Of a DNA stretch of 64,000 bases, positions 10,339 to 21,194 are shown piece by piece. A model generated the notes under the pieces. It was not told the DNA's origin. It saw only the letters and a list, made by a program, of their open reading frames with translations, and did not search any database. The number at the start of each line of letters is the position of its first letter. Position 1 is the stretch's first letter. The position numbers and the translations under genes are program-made. Source of the DNA: an uncultured Actinomycetota bacterium (GTDB lineage: Bacteria; Actinomycetota; Actinomycetes; DATJPE01); the NCBI GenBank assembly GCA_963805505.1, contig CAWDUP010000002.1, positions 700,493-764,492 on the forward strand, read 5' to 3'.

Positions 10339-11005
10339 CGCGCTCACCTCCGCTCGGGGGCTGGTCTTGGACGTGCGGTGGGCCGGCTGGCTCATCCGGG
10401 CTCGAGGGTGGGACGTCGTCGTAGGCCTCCTGGTTCCCGAGGCTCGGCCGCAGGTGAGCCAGCAACGGCGCCAGCTTTGCTCGGCCGCGAAAGCAGCGGC
10501 TCTTGACCGTTCCCGGAGCACACCCCAGAACTCTTGCCGCGTCGTCGACCGACCAGCCCTGGACATCGACCAGGACCAAGGCGGCGCGCTGCTCTGGGGG
10601 AAGCTGGGCCAGAGCTTCCTGGATCTGCATGGAGGTCTCGCTCGCGGCCATCGCATCACCTTGCGCGGGAATGCGCTCGGCATCGTCGGGCAACGGGACC
10701 GACGGCCGCGCCGCGTGGCGCCGCAAGACGTCGAGGCTGGCGTTGACGACGATGCGATGCAGCCACGTGGTGACAGCGGCATCTCCGCGGTAGGAAGCGG
10801 CGTTGCGGTAGGCCGACACCATGGCCTCCTGGACGGCGTCGGCGGCATCTTCACGGTTGCCGGTGGTGCGCAGCGCCAGGTTCCAGAGGCGGGTCTGGTG
10901 TCGACGGACCAGCGCGCTGAAGGCGTGCGGATCTCCAGTGACGTGTGCCGCGAGCAGTGCTTTGTCGTCGCGCGACTCGAGCGCGTCGTCGACGATCTGG
11001 GTCAC
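10331..11005 (-). CDS. sigM: ECF sigma factor SigM/SigT family
   Basis: DAADAVQEA, TWLHRIVVNASLD, PGTVKSRCFRGRAKL; conserved position upstream of trxB. Confidence 0.9.
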   Translation of the reverse strand: MTQIVDDALESRDDKALLAAHVTGDPHAFSALVRRHQTRLWNLALRTTGNREDAADAVQEAMVSAYRNAASYRGDAAVTTWLHRIVVNASLDVLRRHAARPSVPLPDDAERIPAQGDAMAASETSMQIQEALAQLPPEQRAALVLVDVQGWSVDDAARVLGCAPGTVKSRCFRGRAKLAPLLAHLRPSLGNQEAYDDVPPSSPDEPAGPPHVQDQPPSGGERDE

Positions 11006-11042
11006 AACGGGCCAGCCTAGGGGGTCTATCGGCACGGAACCG

Positions 11043-12461
11043 TCAGGCGCGTGCGACCGTGATCTCCGCGATACCACCTCGAAAGGTCGTGCCGTCCGCA
11101 GGCAGCTGGGTCAGCCAGACCAGTACGTAGCGCGCCTGCACCGGAGTCGGGCTGCGAAGGGCGACGAGGTCACCCAGGTTGTTTGCCGAACCGAACTTCT
11201 CGAAGTCCTTGGGCCGCGTCCCGAGCTCCTTGGATACCCGCACCTGCAGCGTCGTACCTGCTCCGAGCAGATTAAGCCGGACGGCTCCGACCGCCTCGAC
11301 CTGTCCCAGGTCGAACACGACTCCCACCCCGGACTTCGGCGCCAGGTCGGCTTGTTGGTAGGACAGCGTCGTCCATGCGGTGGCGAGGTTGTCGTCGAAG
11401 GCCAACGGCACCTGGTTGGGATGCTCGTGCCCGTTGCCGGAGGGGTCGAAGTCGGCGCCGGCCACGACGGGGACCCGGCCTGTGGGGTCGGGTTCGATGC
11501 TCCGCGCCGGCGTGGGGTCCGGGTCGGTCGGGCCGACGCTGCTGGCAGGCGGCTGGCCCGGTGCCTCGGTGGGCTCCTGAGCGAGCGTGAAGCCGATCCA
11601 GGCCGCGGCGACCAGAGCAACGGCCAGGACACCGGCGCCGACGCGACGCCACGGAAGATCGTTGGGAGTGTCCGGGTCTGGCTCGGTGGGCACCGGATGG
11701 TCAGAGATCCGGCGACCCAGCCCGGGGAGGACTGTCGACAGGGCCTCGGCCACCGTGACGGGTCGCGCCGGTGGATCTTCCAGGGCGGCGACGATCGCGT
11801 CGTCGAGCGACCCGGGGACACCGGCCCGTACCTGGCGGGGGCGAGGACGCGGTCCCGGATCAGTGCCTGGCATACCGTCGCGGGCTGGGCCGGGCCAGCG
11901 CCCGGTGAGCGCCGCGTACGTCACGGCCGCAGCCGCCCAGGCGTCCAGGCTGCTCGCGGCGTCCGGACCGTCCGGGTCACCTGATTGCGTCAAGGCCGGA
12001 TCGGCCGGCTCGAGAACCTGCCTGATCCCCAGACCACGGATCTTCGTCCGTCCGTCCTCGGTGAGCACGACATCGCCAGGTCCGAGAGCTCCGTGCCGAA
12101 CACCGACAGAAGCAGCGCTGTCGAGGGCATTGGCGACGTGGATCCCCAGCAGACAAGCCTCCTGAGGGGTCAGCGGGGCTTCGGCGACCTGCTCTACCAG
12201 GCTCGCCCCGGCGGTCCACTCGCCGACGATGGCCAGGCCGCCGTCGACCCGGTCCTCCACGTCATAGACGTGGAGGAATTTCTGATCGGTCACGCACGCA
12301 GCCATCCTGGCGGCCTCGGCGGCCTCGGCCCGGCGCGGGTGGTACTGCTCGACCAGCGTCACGCTGACGTCTCGGCTCAAGACCACGTCGGTGGCCCGCC
12401 ACGAGGACCACGCGGACCCTTCCACCACGCGGTCGACGAGGAGATAGCGGTCGACGGCCAC
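11043..12461 (-). CDS. Pseudokinase-domain membrane protein (MviN/MurJ-associated) with extracellular galactose-binding-like domain
   Basis: Kinase fold (RYLL..WRATDVVLSRDV) with HRD replaced by HGA and DFG by GLG; TM; C-terminal AFDDNLATAWTT..Y..PKSGVG; start GTG 12461 after a TACCCT -10. Confidence 0.8.
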   Translation of the reverse strand: MAVDRYLLVDRVVEGSAWSSWRATDVVLSRDVSVTLVEQYHPRRAEAAEAARMAACVTDQKFLHVYDVEDRVDGGLAIVGEWTAGASLVEQVAEAPLTPQEACLLGIHVANALDSAASVGVRHGALGPGDVVLTEDGRTKIRGLGIRQVLEPADPALTQSGDPDGPDAASSLDAWAAAAVTYAALTGRWPGPARDGMPGTDPGPRPRPRQVRAGVPGSLDDAIVAALEDPPARPVTVAEALSTVLPGLGRRISDHPVPTEPDPDTPNDLPWRRVGAGVLAVALVAAAWIGFTLAQEPTEAPGQPPASSVGPTDPDPTPARSIEPDPTGRVPVVAGADFDPSGNGHEHPNQVPLAFDDNLATAWTTLSYQQADLAPKSGVGVVFDLGQVEAVGAVRLNLLGAGTTLQVRVSKELGTRPKDFEKFGSANNLGDLVALRSPTPVQARYVLVWLTQLPADGTTFRGGIAEITVARA

Positions 12462-12496
12462 GGTCTGAGGGTATGCGGCCTCGCAGCGCGCAGATG

Positions 12497-13603
12497 CTAG
12501 GTGCCGGGCCGAGTGGCTCCGATGTACCCGTCGAGGTACATCGGGGCGTAGCGCACCACGTCGCCGGTGTGCGGCGCGTGGATCATCCATCCGTTCCCGA
12601 CGTAAAGAGCCACGTGATGGATGGTCGCGGGGTCGTTGACGTTGTTCGCCCAGAACAGCAGGTCCCCTGGCTGGAGCTGCCCGAGGCTGGGGTGCGAACC
12701 CACCCACCACTGCTGCCGCGAGGTCCGAGGAAGCTGGACACCGGCATGCCCGTAGGCCCAGACGGTCAGCCCGCTGCAGTCGAAGCTGCTAGGGCCGTTG
12801 CCCGCGTAGACGTACGGCACTCCGAGCACGCTGTCGGCCGCTCGCAGGACCGTGCCCGCGACGGTGTCGGTCGGCGGCAGGGTGGTCGGCCGCGGACCGG
12901 AGACCCCGAGTTGCAGAGCCGCCCGCGCCGCGGCGGCCCTGGCCTGCTCCTGCCGCCAGGCTTCGGTGAGAGCAACGACCTGGGACCCAGCCTTGTCGAG
13001 GGCTCGTTGACGTTCGTCGAGCAAGCTGCGCACCTGCGTCTCAGCCGTCCGCGCCTTGGCTTCGAGCTGGGTCTGTTGCGTGGCCAGCGCGCTGAGCTCG
13101 GACTGCAAGGCGCTGGCGTCGGCGACTGCCGCGCCCGCGGCGACCTCGGTCGAGCGGTCGCGGTCCAAGACCCGACCGACAGCGTCGACCCGGGCCAGCA
13201 CATCGGTCAGGGATCCGCCGTCGAGCACCGTCGCGTACAAGCCTGCCTGGCCGCCACTCATGTACAGGGCGCGGATGCGCTCGTTGGTCGCCGTGCGGCT
13301 TTCCTGCGCCGCGGTCGACAGCTCGGCCAGCTTCTGGTTCGCGGAGATCTGTCGAGAGACGACGCCCCCGAGCTCTCCTTGGGCTGCCGCCAGGTCCTCG
13401 CCGGCCACCTCCACCTGCGACTCCAGCTGCTGGACCTGCGCGGCTAGAGCCTTCGCCTTCGCCTTGGCGGCCGACAGCGAGTCCGGCTCAGCGCTGGCAC
13501 TGCTGCTGGTGAGCAGCGTGATGGCCAGCACAGCGGCCGCTGCGCCGGCGACGGCGCCACGGCGCGAGGTGACGGAGCCGACGTGCATGAACGATGACAT
13601 CAA
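12497..13603 (-). CDS. Secreted NlpC/P60 peptidoglycan endopeptidase with coiled-coil (RipC/PcsB-like)
   Basis: Signal peptide ending ASA-E, long coiled coil, FDCSGL...HHVALYVG...MIHAP catalytic Cys-His-His. Confidence 0.9.
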   Translation of the reverse strand: MMSSFMHVGSVTSRRGAVAGAAAAVLAITLLTSSSASAEPDSLSAAKAKAKALAAQVQQLESQVEVAGEDLAAAQGELGGVVSRQISANQKLAELSTAAQESRTATNERIRALYMSGGQAGLYATVLDGGSLTDVLARVDAVGRVLDRDRSTEVAAGAAVADASALQSELSALATQQTQLEAKARTAETQVRSLLDERQRALDKAGSQVVALTEAWRQEQARAAAARAALQLGVSGPRPTTLPPTDTVAGTVLRAADSVLGVPYVYAGNGPSSFDCSGLTVWAYGHAGVQLPRTSRQQWWVGSHPSLGQLQPGDLLFWANNVNDPATIHHVALYVGNGWMIHAPHTGDVVRYAPMYLDGYIGATRPGT

Positions 13604-13622
13604 GCGCCCCCCTCGCGGTCGA

Positions 13623-14027
13623 TCAGGAGCTCGGGGCGGCGGAGTCGGTCTTGATGTCGACGGAGATGTCGGTCATCGAGCGGGTGAATCCCAGCTGCTG
13701 GGCGATGAGCGTCGAGGCGGTGGTGGTGACGGTGAACGACACGGTGTCGTCGTCTTTGACGATCTGGAAGGTCCCCGGCACGATGTGCTCCCCGGTGGGG
13801 TTGAGCTTGCCCTGGGCGGCCTCGTAAGCCTTCTGGATGTCGCCGGTCTCGCGCCAGACGTCACCCGCTGTGTCAGCCGCGCTCTTGCCATGGTTGCTCG
13901 CCGAGAACTTGGTGTAGCCGATGGCGATGCCGTCGTAGGCGACCACGCCGACGACGAGCAGCAGCAACAGGAGCTTGGTCAGCCCGCCCACCACGACGCT
14001 GCCGCGCTCCGAACGGAGGGCGTTCAT
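13623..14027 (-). CDS. Pilin-like (TadE/TadG-like) small membrane protein
   Basis: N-terminus RSERG followed by about 25 hydrophobic residues, resembling a class III prepilin signal; AADTAG helix. Confidence 0.6.
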   Translation of the reverse strand: MNALRSERGSVVVGGLTKLLLLLLVVGVVAYDGIAIGYTKFSASNHGKSAADTAGDVWRETGDIQKAYEAAQGKLNPTGEHIVPGTFQIVKDDDTVSFTVTTTASTLIAQQLGFTRSMTDISVDIKTDSAAPSS

Positions 14028-14035
14028 GTCAGTAG

Positions 14036-14064
14036 ATGTCGGCGCGCTGAGCGCTGGTCTTGAG
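14036..14064 (-). promoter_or_regulatory. Sigma-28 (FliA/WhiG)-type promoter of the pilin-like/NlpC cassette
   Basis: CTCAAG-N15-GCCGACAT, 8 nt before the ATG. Confidence 0.65.
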
Positions 14065-14084
14065 CCAGGTGCGTGTCCTGCCGA

Positions 14085-15791
14085 CTAGCGGCGAAGCCTG
14101 CCGCCGACCAGATCCATGAGCTCAGAGACCTCGGCCACACGCATGCGCAGGGCGACCGCGATGAACGTGACTGCTCCGAGGACCAAGCCGACCATGGCCT
14201 GGGCGAAGGCTGCAGCGTTCGACGTCCCGAGCGCGGTCGTCAGGAGCGTCGCTGCCAGGTAGGCGGGGATGCAGGCGATCACCGAGGCGACCAGAACCCG
14301 CACCAGGGTCTGCACGGTCCGCCTGGTGGCCAGCCCGCCAAGCCGCCGCCCGAGTCGGCGCCAGGTCACGACGGCCGTGCATGCGTAGGCGAGGGAGTAG
14401 CCCAGCGCCAGGGCGGGCACCTTGAACGGGACGGGCGACAAGACGTACAGACCGAGGGCGAACACCGCATTGAGCACATTCAGGACGAGGTTGAGGAAGA
14501 ACGGGGTGCGGGTGTCCTCGAAGGCGAAATAGCCGCGGAGCGCAAGGTAGAAGACGGTGAACGGAACAAGACCGAGCGCGAACATCTGGACGACGAGCCC
14601 GATCTGACCAGCCTCGGCTCGGCTGGTGTTGCCGTAGGCCGTGAGCACCTGGGTGATCCGTGGGCCGAGCACGAGGAGGGCGGCTGCTGTCGGGACGACG
14701 AACGCCGACGCAGTGCGCAATCCGCGCGCGACGTCCGCGGCGACCCCCGCCCGATCGCCCGCGTGAGCCGCAGCGGACATCCGCGGGAGCAGCGCCGCGG
14801 CAAGGGAGACCGTCACCACGCTGTGCGGGAGGATGAACAACAGGTGGGCTCGCATATAGCTGGTGAGTCCGGTGGAGAGCTCGCCGCCGTCCTGGGCCGC
14901 GATGTTTGCCGCGTTGGCCAGGTTGACGATGACCAGGTAGGTGAGCTGGTTGACCGCGACAAAGGCGATCGTCCAGCGGGCCAGCCGCCAGGCGTGGCCC
15001 AGGCCGTGGCCGCGAAAGTCGAAGCGTGGACGCCAGTGGTAGCCCACGCGCCAGGCGAAGGGGATCAGTACGGCGGCCTGCAGGGCGACACCCAGCGTGG
15101 CTCCGACCCCGAGCAAGGCGATTTCCGAAGAGCTGATGGTTGCGGTCGTTGGATCGACTCCGGCGGCCCGCAGGAACAGCAGCGCTGCCGCGGACATCAC
15201 GACGTTGTTCACCACCGGGGCGTAGGCCGGGGCGGCGAACGACCCACGGCTGTTCAGCACCTGGGTCAGCATCGTGAAGACGCCGTAGAACAGGATCTGG
15301 GGGAGGCAATATCGCGCGAAGGCCGCCGAGACCTCCAGATCGGTGGCCGAGAACGATCGCGCATAGAGGCTCACGATCCATGGAGCCAGGACGACGGCCA
15401 TCGCCGAGATCCCCAGGAGCACCAGCCCCACCAACGTCAACAGGCGGTCCGCGTAGCCGTTCCCCCCGTCCGCATCGGTGCGCGCATGTCGCACCAGCTG
15501 CGGGACGAACACCGCATTGAGGGCGCCTCCGACCGCCAGGATGTAGATGATGTTGGGCAGCGTGTTGGCCGTTGAGAATGTGTCGGCGAGAACGCCCACC
15601 CCGAGCGCCGCGCTGATGAGCATGTCGCGGACGACCCCGCTGACCCGCGACACGATCGTGCCGATCGCCATGCCCCCGCTGGATCGCAGGACGCCCGCCT
15701 GCACGCCTGCTACCGCATCGGTCTCAGCATCGGCCTGAGCGCCGGCCTGCGGATCTCGCTCCGGGCCGACGACATCACCGTCGTGGGTCAC
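14085..15791 (-). CDS. murJ: Lipid II flippase MurJ (MviN)
   Basis: MAIGTIVSRVSG, ANTLPNIIY, GGALNAVFVPQLV, DTRTPF; multi-TM. Confidence 0.94.
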   Translation of the reverse strand: MTHDGDVVGPERDPQAGAQADAETDAVAGVQAGVLRSSGGMAIGTIVSRVSGVVRDMLISAALGVGVLADTFSTANTLPNIIYILAVGGALNAVFVPQLVRHARTDADGGNGYADRLLTLVGLVLLGISAMAVVLAPWIVSLYARSFSATDLEVSAAFARYCLPQILFYGVFTMLTQVLNSRGSFAAPAYAPVVNNVVMSAAALLFLRAAGVDPTTATISSSEIALLGVGATLGVALQAAVLIPFAWRVGYHWRPRFDFRGHGLGHAWRLARWTIAFVAVNQLTYLVIVNLANAANIAAQDGGELSTGLTSYMRAHLLFILPHSVVTVSLAAALLPRMSAAAHAGDRAGVAADVARGLRTASAFVVPTAAALLVLGPRITQVLTAYGNTSRAEAGQIGLVVQMFALGLVPFTVFYLALRGYFAFEDTRTPFFLNLVLNVLNAVFALGLYVLSPVPFKVPALALGYSLAYACTAVVTWRRLGRRLGGLATRRTVQTLVRVLVASVIACIPAYLAATLLTTALGTSNAAAFAQAMVGLVLGAVTFIAVALRMRVAEVSELMDLVGGRLRR

Positions 15792-17878
15792 GAGGTGAGG
15801 GTCTCACCGTCAGAGGTCCCCGCCGCCCTGATCCGGCGCGCCACGCGGACGACCACCGCGATCGCCAGGAGCACCAATGCTCCACCCACGACGATTCGGG
15901 CTACCTGGCCGTACCCGGTCGCGCGGACGGTGAACTCCACCGAGTCGCCGAGGGGTTGACCCGTAGCGCTCAGCAGCGTTGCTACGACTGGGAAGCGCGC
16001 GTTCGCGGCGGCCTCTGCGGTGACGTTGACCGTGGCAGTACGGCCGGCTGGAACGGTGATCAGCTCCGAGGGACGGCTGGTCAGGCGGACCGACGGGATC
16101 GACCGGAGACTGACCCGGACGGTCACGTCCTGGTCGAGGTCGTTGTGCACAGCCAAGGGGATGACGCCCGTGTTGCTGGACAGCGTGACCTGCCCGCGCT
16201 CCAGCAGGCGCACTGACGTGACGTCTGCGGTGACCGCGCGGGTGAGGTTGGCGGTGTAGGCGCGTCCCGCGGATCGCCCCTTCCCCCGCCAGGCGGTGGA
16301 CTGTGCACTCAGCAGCGCCGGTTCGTAGGCCGAGACGAACGGTTCGGGAAAGGCGAGCGCCGGCGCGAAAGCCGCTACCCGCTCGCGATCTCTGGCAACG
16401 ACCGCGAGCTGGCTGGCCGAGACCTCGGCCAGCCGATCGGCCTTCGTGTACCGCTCGGTCGTCCGTTCGGGCGCGTCACTGGGAGCCGCCGCCAGCTCGG
16501 CGAGGGTCTGGTTGGTGAGCCATGGCGCTTGCAGACCCAGGACGGTGGTGGTCCAGCCCGGACTGGCCTTCCAGCGTCGTGGGGGTGCGACCGCGATTCC
16601 CCGGGGGTCGCTCGGGCGCTCTGCGGCGATCAGCGCGGTCTCGGCGAGCAGTCGTTGCTTGGCAAGGACGGGACCTCCGAGGCTGCCGGGGCCGGCGTCG
16701 AGCAGGGCTGCGAGCGTGGCGTCGGACGTCACGACCGGTAGGTCAGGTAGGTCGACCAGAGTGGTCATCGAGTCAGGGGTCCCGGAAAGCTCGGTCTGGG
16801 GGACCAGCCCGGAAGCGCTGAGCAGGACCGACCCAAAACCTTGAGCGGCGAGGCTCCGGAGGGTCGCTCGGTTGGACAAGCCCGACCCCGGCCAGGCGGG
16901 GGCCTCCTGCAGCTCACCGCCGAGCAGCTCGCCCGCGATGCGCTTCCCGAGGTTTCTGGCGGTGGCTAGGTCGCCCCCGAGCCCGGCTCGCTGGCTGGCG
17001 ACCAGATCCGGATCCGCGTAGGGAACGACTTCGACATCGGATCCCGCGCGGGCTCGCTCGGCCGCCAAGGCCGCTAACCAGCTGGCCGCGGTTGGATCCG
17101 GTTGTGCGCCAGCGGCAAGATCGCGGCCGGTCGCGAGGCTCCGGACGTCCTCGAGCAGGGCAGCGTCGACCAGGAACGTGACCGCCCGTCCACTGCCCGC
17201 GGCGAGCAAGGCCCCAAGGCGGCCGTCGGGTTGCAACGCCGCAGCGAGCTTCGTGGCTGCCTCAACCGGGAGGATGCCATTGGCGAGCCGTCCGGGCGTG
17301 CCGATCAAGGGGACGAACCAGGTGACCTGCACCTGAGGCGTCTCGCCCGGACCGTCAGTGACCAAGAACGTCCGCGCCGAGCCGGCGGTCCGACGCACAC
17401 CGGTTGGCTCGGCGACCCTGAGCTCGAGGGTCAAGGCGTGGACGCCGAACCCTGGGATCAGCCCGAGCTGATCGGCAGGAACCTCGATCCGAACCTGTGC
17501 GCTCGCTCCTGGCGCCAATGTCGGCGCGACGTCCACCAGCGAGGCGACCGGTACGGTCCCGACCGGCACCAGCGAGTCGCCGCCGATGAAAGCCGCCAGC
17601 TCCGCGCGCGAGGTGAGCGGGAGCGAGCCGACGCGCAGGCGCGCGCCCACGGCGACCAGGGTCTGATCGGAGGCGTTGATGACGCGAGCGCTCAAAACGA
17701 GGTTGCCTGCCGGGTCGAGCAGGGTAGGTGCCAACTCGGTCACGGTGACCCGGATGTCGTCGCCCGAGGGATCCTCGGCGCCACGGTCGAGGCCGTGGGC
17801 GGCCGACGTAGTCAGCAGGAGCCCGCACATCGAGATGGTCGCCGCAGCAAGGGCGGCCGCCGCGCGTCCCAGATTCAC
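15788..17878 (-). CDS. DUF6049-type secreted/membrane-anchored protein
   Basis: Signal peptide, PYADPDL motif, C-terminal TM; conserved position between NUDIX and murJ. Confidence 0.75.
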   Translation of the reverse strand: MNLGRAAAALAAATISMCGLLLTTSAAHGLDRGAEDPSGDDIRVTVTELAPTLLDPAGNLVLSARVINASDQTLVAVGARLRVGSLPLTSRAELAAFIGGDSLVPVGTVPVASLVDVAPTLAPGASAQVRIEVPADQLGLIPGFGVHALTLELRVAEPTGVRRTAGSARTFLVTDGPGETPQVQVTWFVPLIGTPGRLANGILPVEAATKLAAALQPDGRLGALLAAGSGRAVTFLVDAALLEDVRSLATGRDLAAGAQPDPTAASWLAALAAERARAGSDVEVVPYADPDLVASQRAGLGGDLATARNLGKRIAGELLGGELQEAPAWPGSGLSNRATLRSLAAQGFGSVLLSASGLVPQTELSGTPDSMTTLVDLPDLPVVTSDATLAALLDAGPGSLGGPVLAKQRLLAETALIAAERPSDPRGIAVAPPRRWKASPGWTTTVLGLQAPWLTNQTLAELAAAPSDAPERTTERYTKADRLAEVSASQLAVVARDRERVAAFAPALAFPEPFVSAYEPALLSAQSTAWRGKGRSAGRAYTANLTRAVTADVTSVRLLERGQVTLSSNTGVIPLAVHNDLDQDVTVRVSLRSIPSVRLTSRPSELITVPAGRTATVNVTAEAAANARFPVVATLLSATGQPLGDSVEFTVRATGYGQVARIVVGGALVLLAIAVVVRVARRIRAAGTSDGETLTS

Positions 17879-18372
17879 GCGCTCTCGCTGAGCAGGGCAA
17901 CCGCCTTGGTGACCAAGGCTCGTTCGTCGGCGTAGGCAAGGCGTCGGTTGACCTCGTCCAGTGGCACCCAGGCGACCTCGACCACTTCGATGTCGGCATC
18001 GCTGAGCTCGCCGCCCACCGCCTCCAGAAGGTGATGGTGGACGGTCTTGTGCACCCGCCGGTCCTCGGCCACGAACCAGAAGTCGATCTGGCCCAGCGAT
18101 GCCAGGATGCGCCCCTCGATGCCGGTTTCTTCGCGCACCTCACGGACGGCGGCGTCCTCGGCCGTCTCTCCCGCCTCGACGTGTCCTTTGGGGAGGGACC
18201 AGATCAACCGACCTCGGCGGTCGTGGCGCGCGATCAACGCTGCCTGCTCGTGTCCAGGCGCGCGACGGTCGACCACGAGACCCCCGGCGGAAGTCTCCTC
18301 GACGGTCCGCAGGCGTGGGCGGGGTCGAGGAGTGCGCGGCGGTTCTGGTGCGGGATGCGCACGGTCGACCAT
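17875..18372 (-). CDS. NUDIX hydrolase
   Basis: Nudix box [24 protein letters not shown]; start ATG 18372. Confidence 0.92.
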   Translation of the reverse strand: MVDRAHPAPEPPRTPRPRPRLRTVEETSAGGLVVDRRAPGHEQAALIARHDRRGRLIWSLPKGHVEAGETAEDAAVREVREETGIEGRILASLGQIDFWFVAEDRRVHKTVHHHLLEAVGGELSDADIEVVEVAWVPLDEVNRRLAYADERALVTKAVALLSESA

Positions 18373-18415
18373 CCAGCCAGGGTAGCCATGGCGGGAAGTT
18401 CCTAGACTGACCACC

Positions 18416-19864
18416 ATGCCCACCCCGGAGGCCGCCGCACCCTCGCGTCCGCAGACCTTGTCCGAGGCGCAGCGCCGGGCCGTGCACGAACTGCTTCGGG
18501 TTGCACCGGTCGCGGACCATCTGGGAAGGCTCTTCGAGAGCGCCGGTCACCACCTGGCCCTGGTGGGCGGGAGCGTGCGCGATGCGCTCCTTGGCCGGCT
18601 GGGCAACGACTTGGACTTCACCACGGACGCCCGGCCTGAAGAGATTCTGCGGCTGGTCAAGCCGTGGGCTGACGCCGTGTGGGAGGTCGGCATCGCCTTC
18701 GGGACGGTGGGCGCCCGCAAGGACGATTTCACTATCGAGATCACCACCTACCGCGCCGAGACCTATGAGACCGGCTCACGTAAGCCCGAGGTGACCTACG
18801 GCAAGAGCCTTGAAGGCGACCTGCTCCGGCGCGACTTCACGGTCAACGCCATGGCCGTTCGCCTGCCGGGCACGCAGTTCGTGGATCCGCACGGGGGTCT
18901 CGAAGACCTCGCGAACGGGTCTCTGCGAACGCCGGGACGGCCCGGCGACTCGTTCTCCGACGATCCGCTGCGAATGATGCGGGCGGCCCGGTTCGCCGCG
19001 CAGCTCGGCTTCGAGGTCGCGGCCGACGTGGTCGACGCGATCGAGGCCATGGCCGAGCGCATCGACATCGTCAGCGCCGAGCGGATCCGCGACGAGCTGG
19101 TCAAGCTCATGCTGAGCCCGGATCCGCGAGCCGGACTGGCCCTGCTCGTGGACACGGGGTTGGCGGACCGCGTCCTTCCCGAGCTGCCCCGGCTGCGCCT
19201 GGAGATCGATGAGCATCATCGCCACAAGGACGTCTACGAACACACCCTGACCGTGGTCGAACAAGCGATCGCTCTCGAGCCGGGCGAACCCGATTTCGTG
19301 CTCCGCTTCGCGGCGCTCATGCACGATGTAGGCAAGCCGAAGACCCGACGGTTCGAGCCCGGCGGTGGCGTGAGCTTCCACCACCATGAGGTCGTCGGCG
19401 CCAAGCTCACCCGCAAGCGGATGACGACCCTGCGATTCAGCAACGAGATCATCGACGCGGTCAGTGGCCTCGTCGCTTTGCACCTTCGCTTCCATGGGTA
19501 CGGCTCCGGTGAGTGGACGGACTCCGCAGTCCGGCGCTATGTGCGCGACGCCGGCCCGCTCCTCGAACGGCTGCATGTCCTGACTCGCGCCGACTGCACG
19601 ACGCGCAACCGCCGAAAGGCGTTGATTTTGTCGGCCACCTACGACGACCTCGAGGAGCGCATCGAACGGCTGGGTGCAGAGGAGGAGCTCGCGTCCTTGC
19701 GGCCAGACCTAGACGGGTCCCAGATCATGGAGATCCTCGAGATCCCCCCCGGACCGCTCGTCGGAGAGGCCTACCGTTTCCTTCTCGACCTGCGGCTCGA
19801 CCGTGGGCCGATGCCAGCCGAGGAGGCCGAGCGTGAGCTGCGCACCTGGTACTCCTCGAGATAG
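18416..19864 (+). CDS. pcnA: CCA tRNA nucleotidyltransferase with HD domain
   Basis: [41 protein letters not shown]. Confidence 0.93.
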   Translation: MPTPEAAAPSRPQTLSEAQRRAVHELLRVAPVADHLGRLFESAGHHLALVGGSVRDALLGRLGNDLDFTTDARPEEILRLVKPWADAVWEVGIAFGTVGARKDDFTIEITTYRAETYETGSRKPEVTYGKSLEGDLLRRDFTVNAMAVRLPGTQFVDPHGGLEDLANGSLRTPGRPGDSFSDDPLRMMRAARFAAQLGFEVAADVVDAIEAMAERIDIVSAERIRDELVKLMLSPDPRAGLALLVDTGLADRVLPELPRLRLEIDEHHRHKDVYEHTLTVVEQAIALEPGEPDFVLRFAALMHDVGKPKTRRFEPGGGVSFHHHEVVGAKLTRKRMTTLRFSNEIIDAVSGLVALHLRFHGYGSGEWTDSAVRRYVRDAGPLLERLHVLTRADCTTRNRRKALILSATYDDLEERIERLGAEEELASLRPDLDGSQIMEILEIPPGPLVGEAYRFLLDLRLDRGPMPAEEAERELRTWYSSR

Positions 19865-19874
19865 ATCGTGGCGC

Positions 19875-21170
19875 TCACGGTCGCGACTGCGCGGTCCGGC
19901 GTGAGATCCACACGTATCCACCCAAGCCCAGCAGCCAGCACCCCACCGCGATCCAGACCACTCCGGCCGAGCGTCCGTTCGCCGGCAGCACCAAGGCGGC
20001 GATCAACCCGCCAACCACGAAGGTGAGGTTGAACACGACGTCGTAGACGGCAAACACCCGTCCCCGATAGACGTCCTCGAGCTCCTGCTGGACCAAGGTG
20101 TCAGCGCTGATCTTGACGACCTGACCCGCCGCCGTGGCGAGGAAAGCGACCGCGAACAGCGTGGCCTGGGTGAACTGCAGTCCCAGCACCAGCTCGCCAA
20201 CCGCCGCGCTGCCCAATGCGGTGGAGATGACCGGCGGCGTCCCCCAGCGCCGTACGAGCGGCGGCGCCACCAGCGCCGCCGCAAAGACCCCGATCCCGCC
20301 GAAGAAGAACGCAGTACCCAAAGCGCTGAGCCCGGCGTCGGGGTCATCAGGTGCGTTGTAGGTCTCCCGGAACAACAGCACGCCCCCCACGGTCACGATG
20401 CCCCAGCCGAACCGGAAGGCACCCAGCGCCGCGATCGCCGACGCTGCTCGCGGGCGTTCCCGAAGGTGCGCGAGCCCTTCGACGAACCCTCGGGTGACCG
20501 ACGTCACCGCTGCCCGCACGGCGGCCGTGGCCTCGTCCAGGGCGGGGCCAAGCTGAGCTCGATCGAGGCCCAGCGCGGCCAGCGCGCCCGCCAGGGCATA
20601 TCCGAGTGCTGCGACCGTGACGACGAGAGCGACCCTGGTGTCCGACCCGCCGCCGAGCAGGCGGACGACGACTCCGAGGCCCACCCCGGCCACCGTCGAC
20701 AAGGTGCCGATCGTGGTTGACACCGCATTGGCCGTGATGAGCACCCCGTCCGGGACGACCCGGGGCAGTGCTGCGGAAAGCCCGGACAGGATGAAGCGGT
20801 TGACGCCGATCACGGCCAACGACACGGCGAGGAACGCCGCGTCGTCACGACCACCGAGGACGAGTCCCGCCACGCCTAGGCACAAGACTGCGCGGCCTAG
20901 GTTGGCGGCGACCAGGACGCGCTGCCGGCTCCACCGGTCGAGCAGCACTCCTGCGAACGGGCCGAGGAGTGAGTAGGGCACCAAGATGACGGCGAAGGCC
21001 AGCGCGATGCGCAGCGCCGACGTCTGACGCTCGGGGGAGAAGAAGACGAAGGACGCCAGAGCCGCCTGGAAGCAACCGTCGGACACCTGCCCGGCCACGC
21101 GAACCGACAGCAGACGTCGGAAACCCGTGCCCCTGAACAGGGCAACGACTGGCCGTTCGGTCGTCCTCAG
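19875..21170 (-). CDS. MFS transporter (start ambiguous: CTG 21170 or GTG 21098)
   Basis: FRRLLSVRVAGQVSDG N-terminal motif, GPFAGVLLDRWSRQR motif A, about 12 TM. Confidence 0.85.
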   Translation of the reverse strand: MRTTERPVVALFRGTGFRRLLSVRVAGQVSDGCFQAALASFVFFSPERQTSALRIALAFAVILVPYSLLGPFAGVLLDRWSRQRVLVAANLGRAVLCLGVAGLVLGGRDDAAFLAVSLAVIGVNRFILSGLSAALPRVVPDGVLITANAVSTTIGTLSTVAGVGLGVVVRLLGGGSDTRVALVVTVAALGYALAGALAALGLDRAQLGPALDEATAAVRAAVTSVTRGFVEGLAHLRERPRAASAIAALGAFRFGWGIVTVGGVLLFRETYNAPDDPDAGLSALGTAFFFGGIGVFAAALVAPPLVRRWGTPPVISTALGSAAVGELVLGLQFTQATLFAVAFLATAAGQVVKISADTLVQQELEDVYRGRVFAVYDVVFNLTFVVGGLIAALVLPANGRSAGVVWIAVGCWLLGLGGYVWISRRTAQSRP

Positions 21171-21194
21171 GGCCGACCCGCGGCGCTCGCCTGG

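Noticed and set aside
11043-12710. 555-aa active Ser/Thr kinase as in the ORF track
   Set aside because: The extension overlaps the NlpC/P60 gene and the catalytic HRD/DFG motifs are missing; called a pseudokinase starting at 12461
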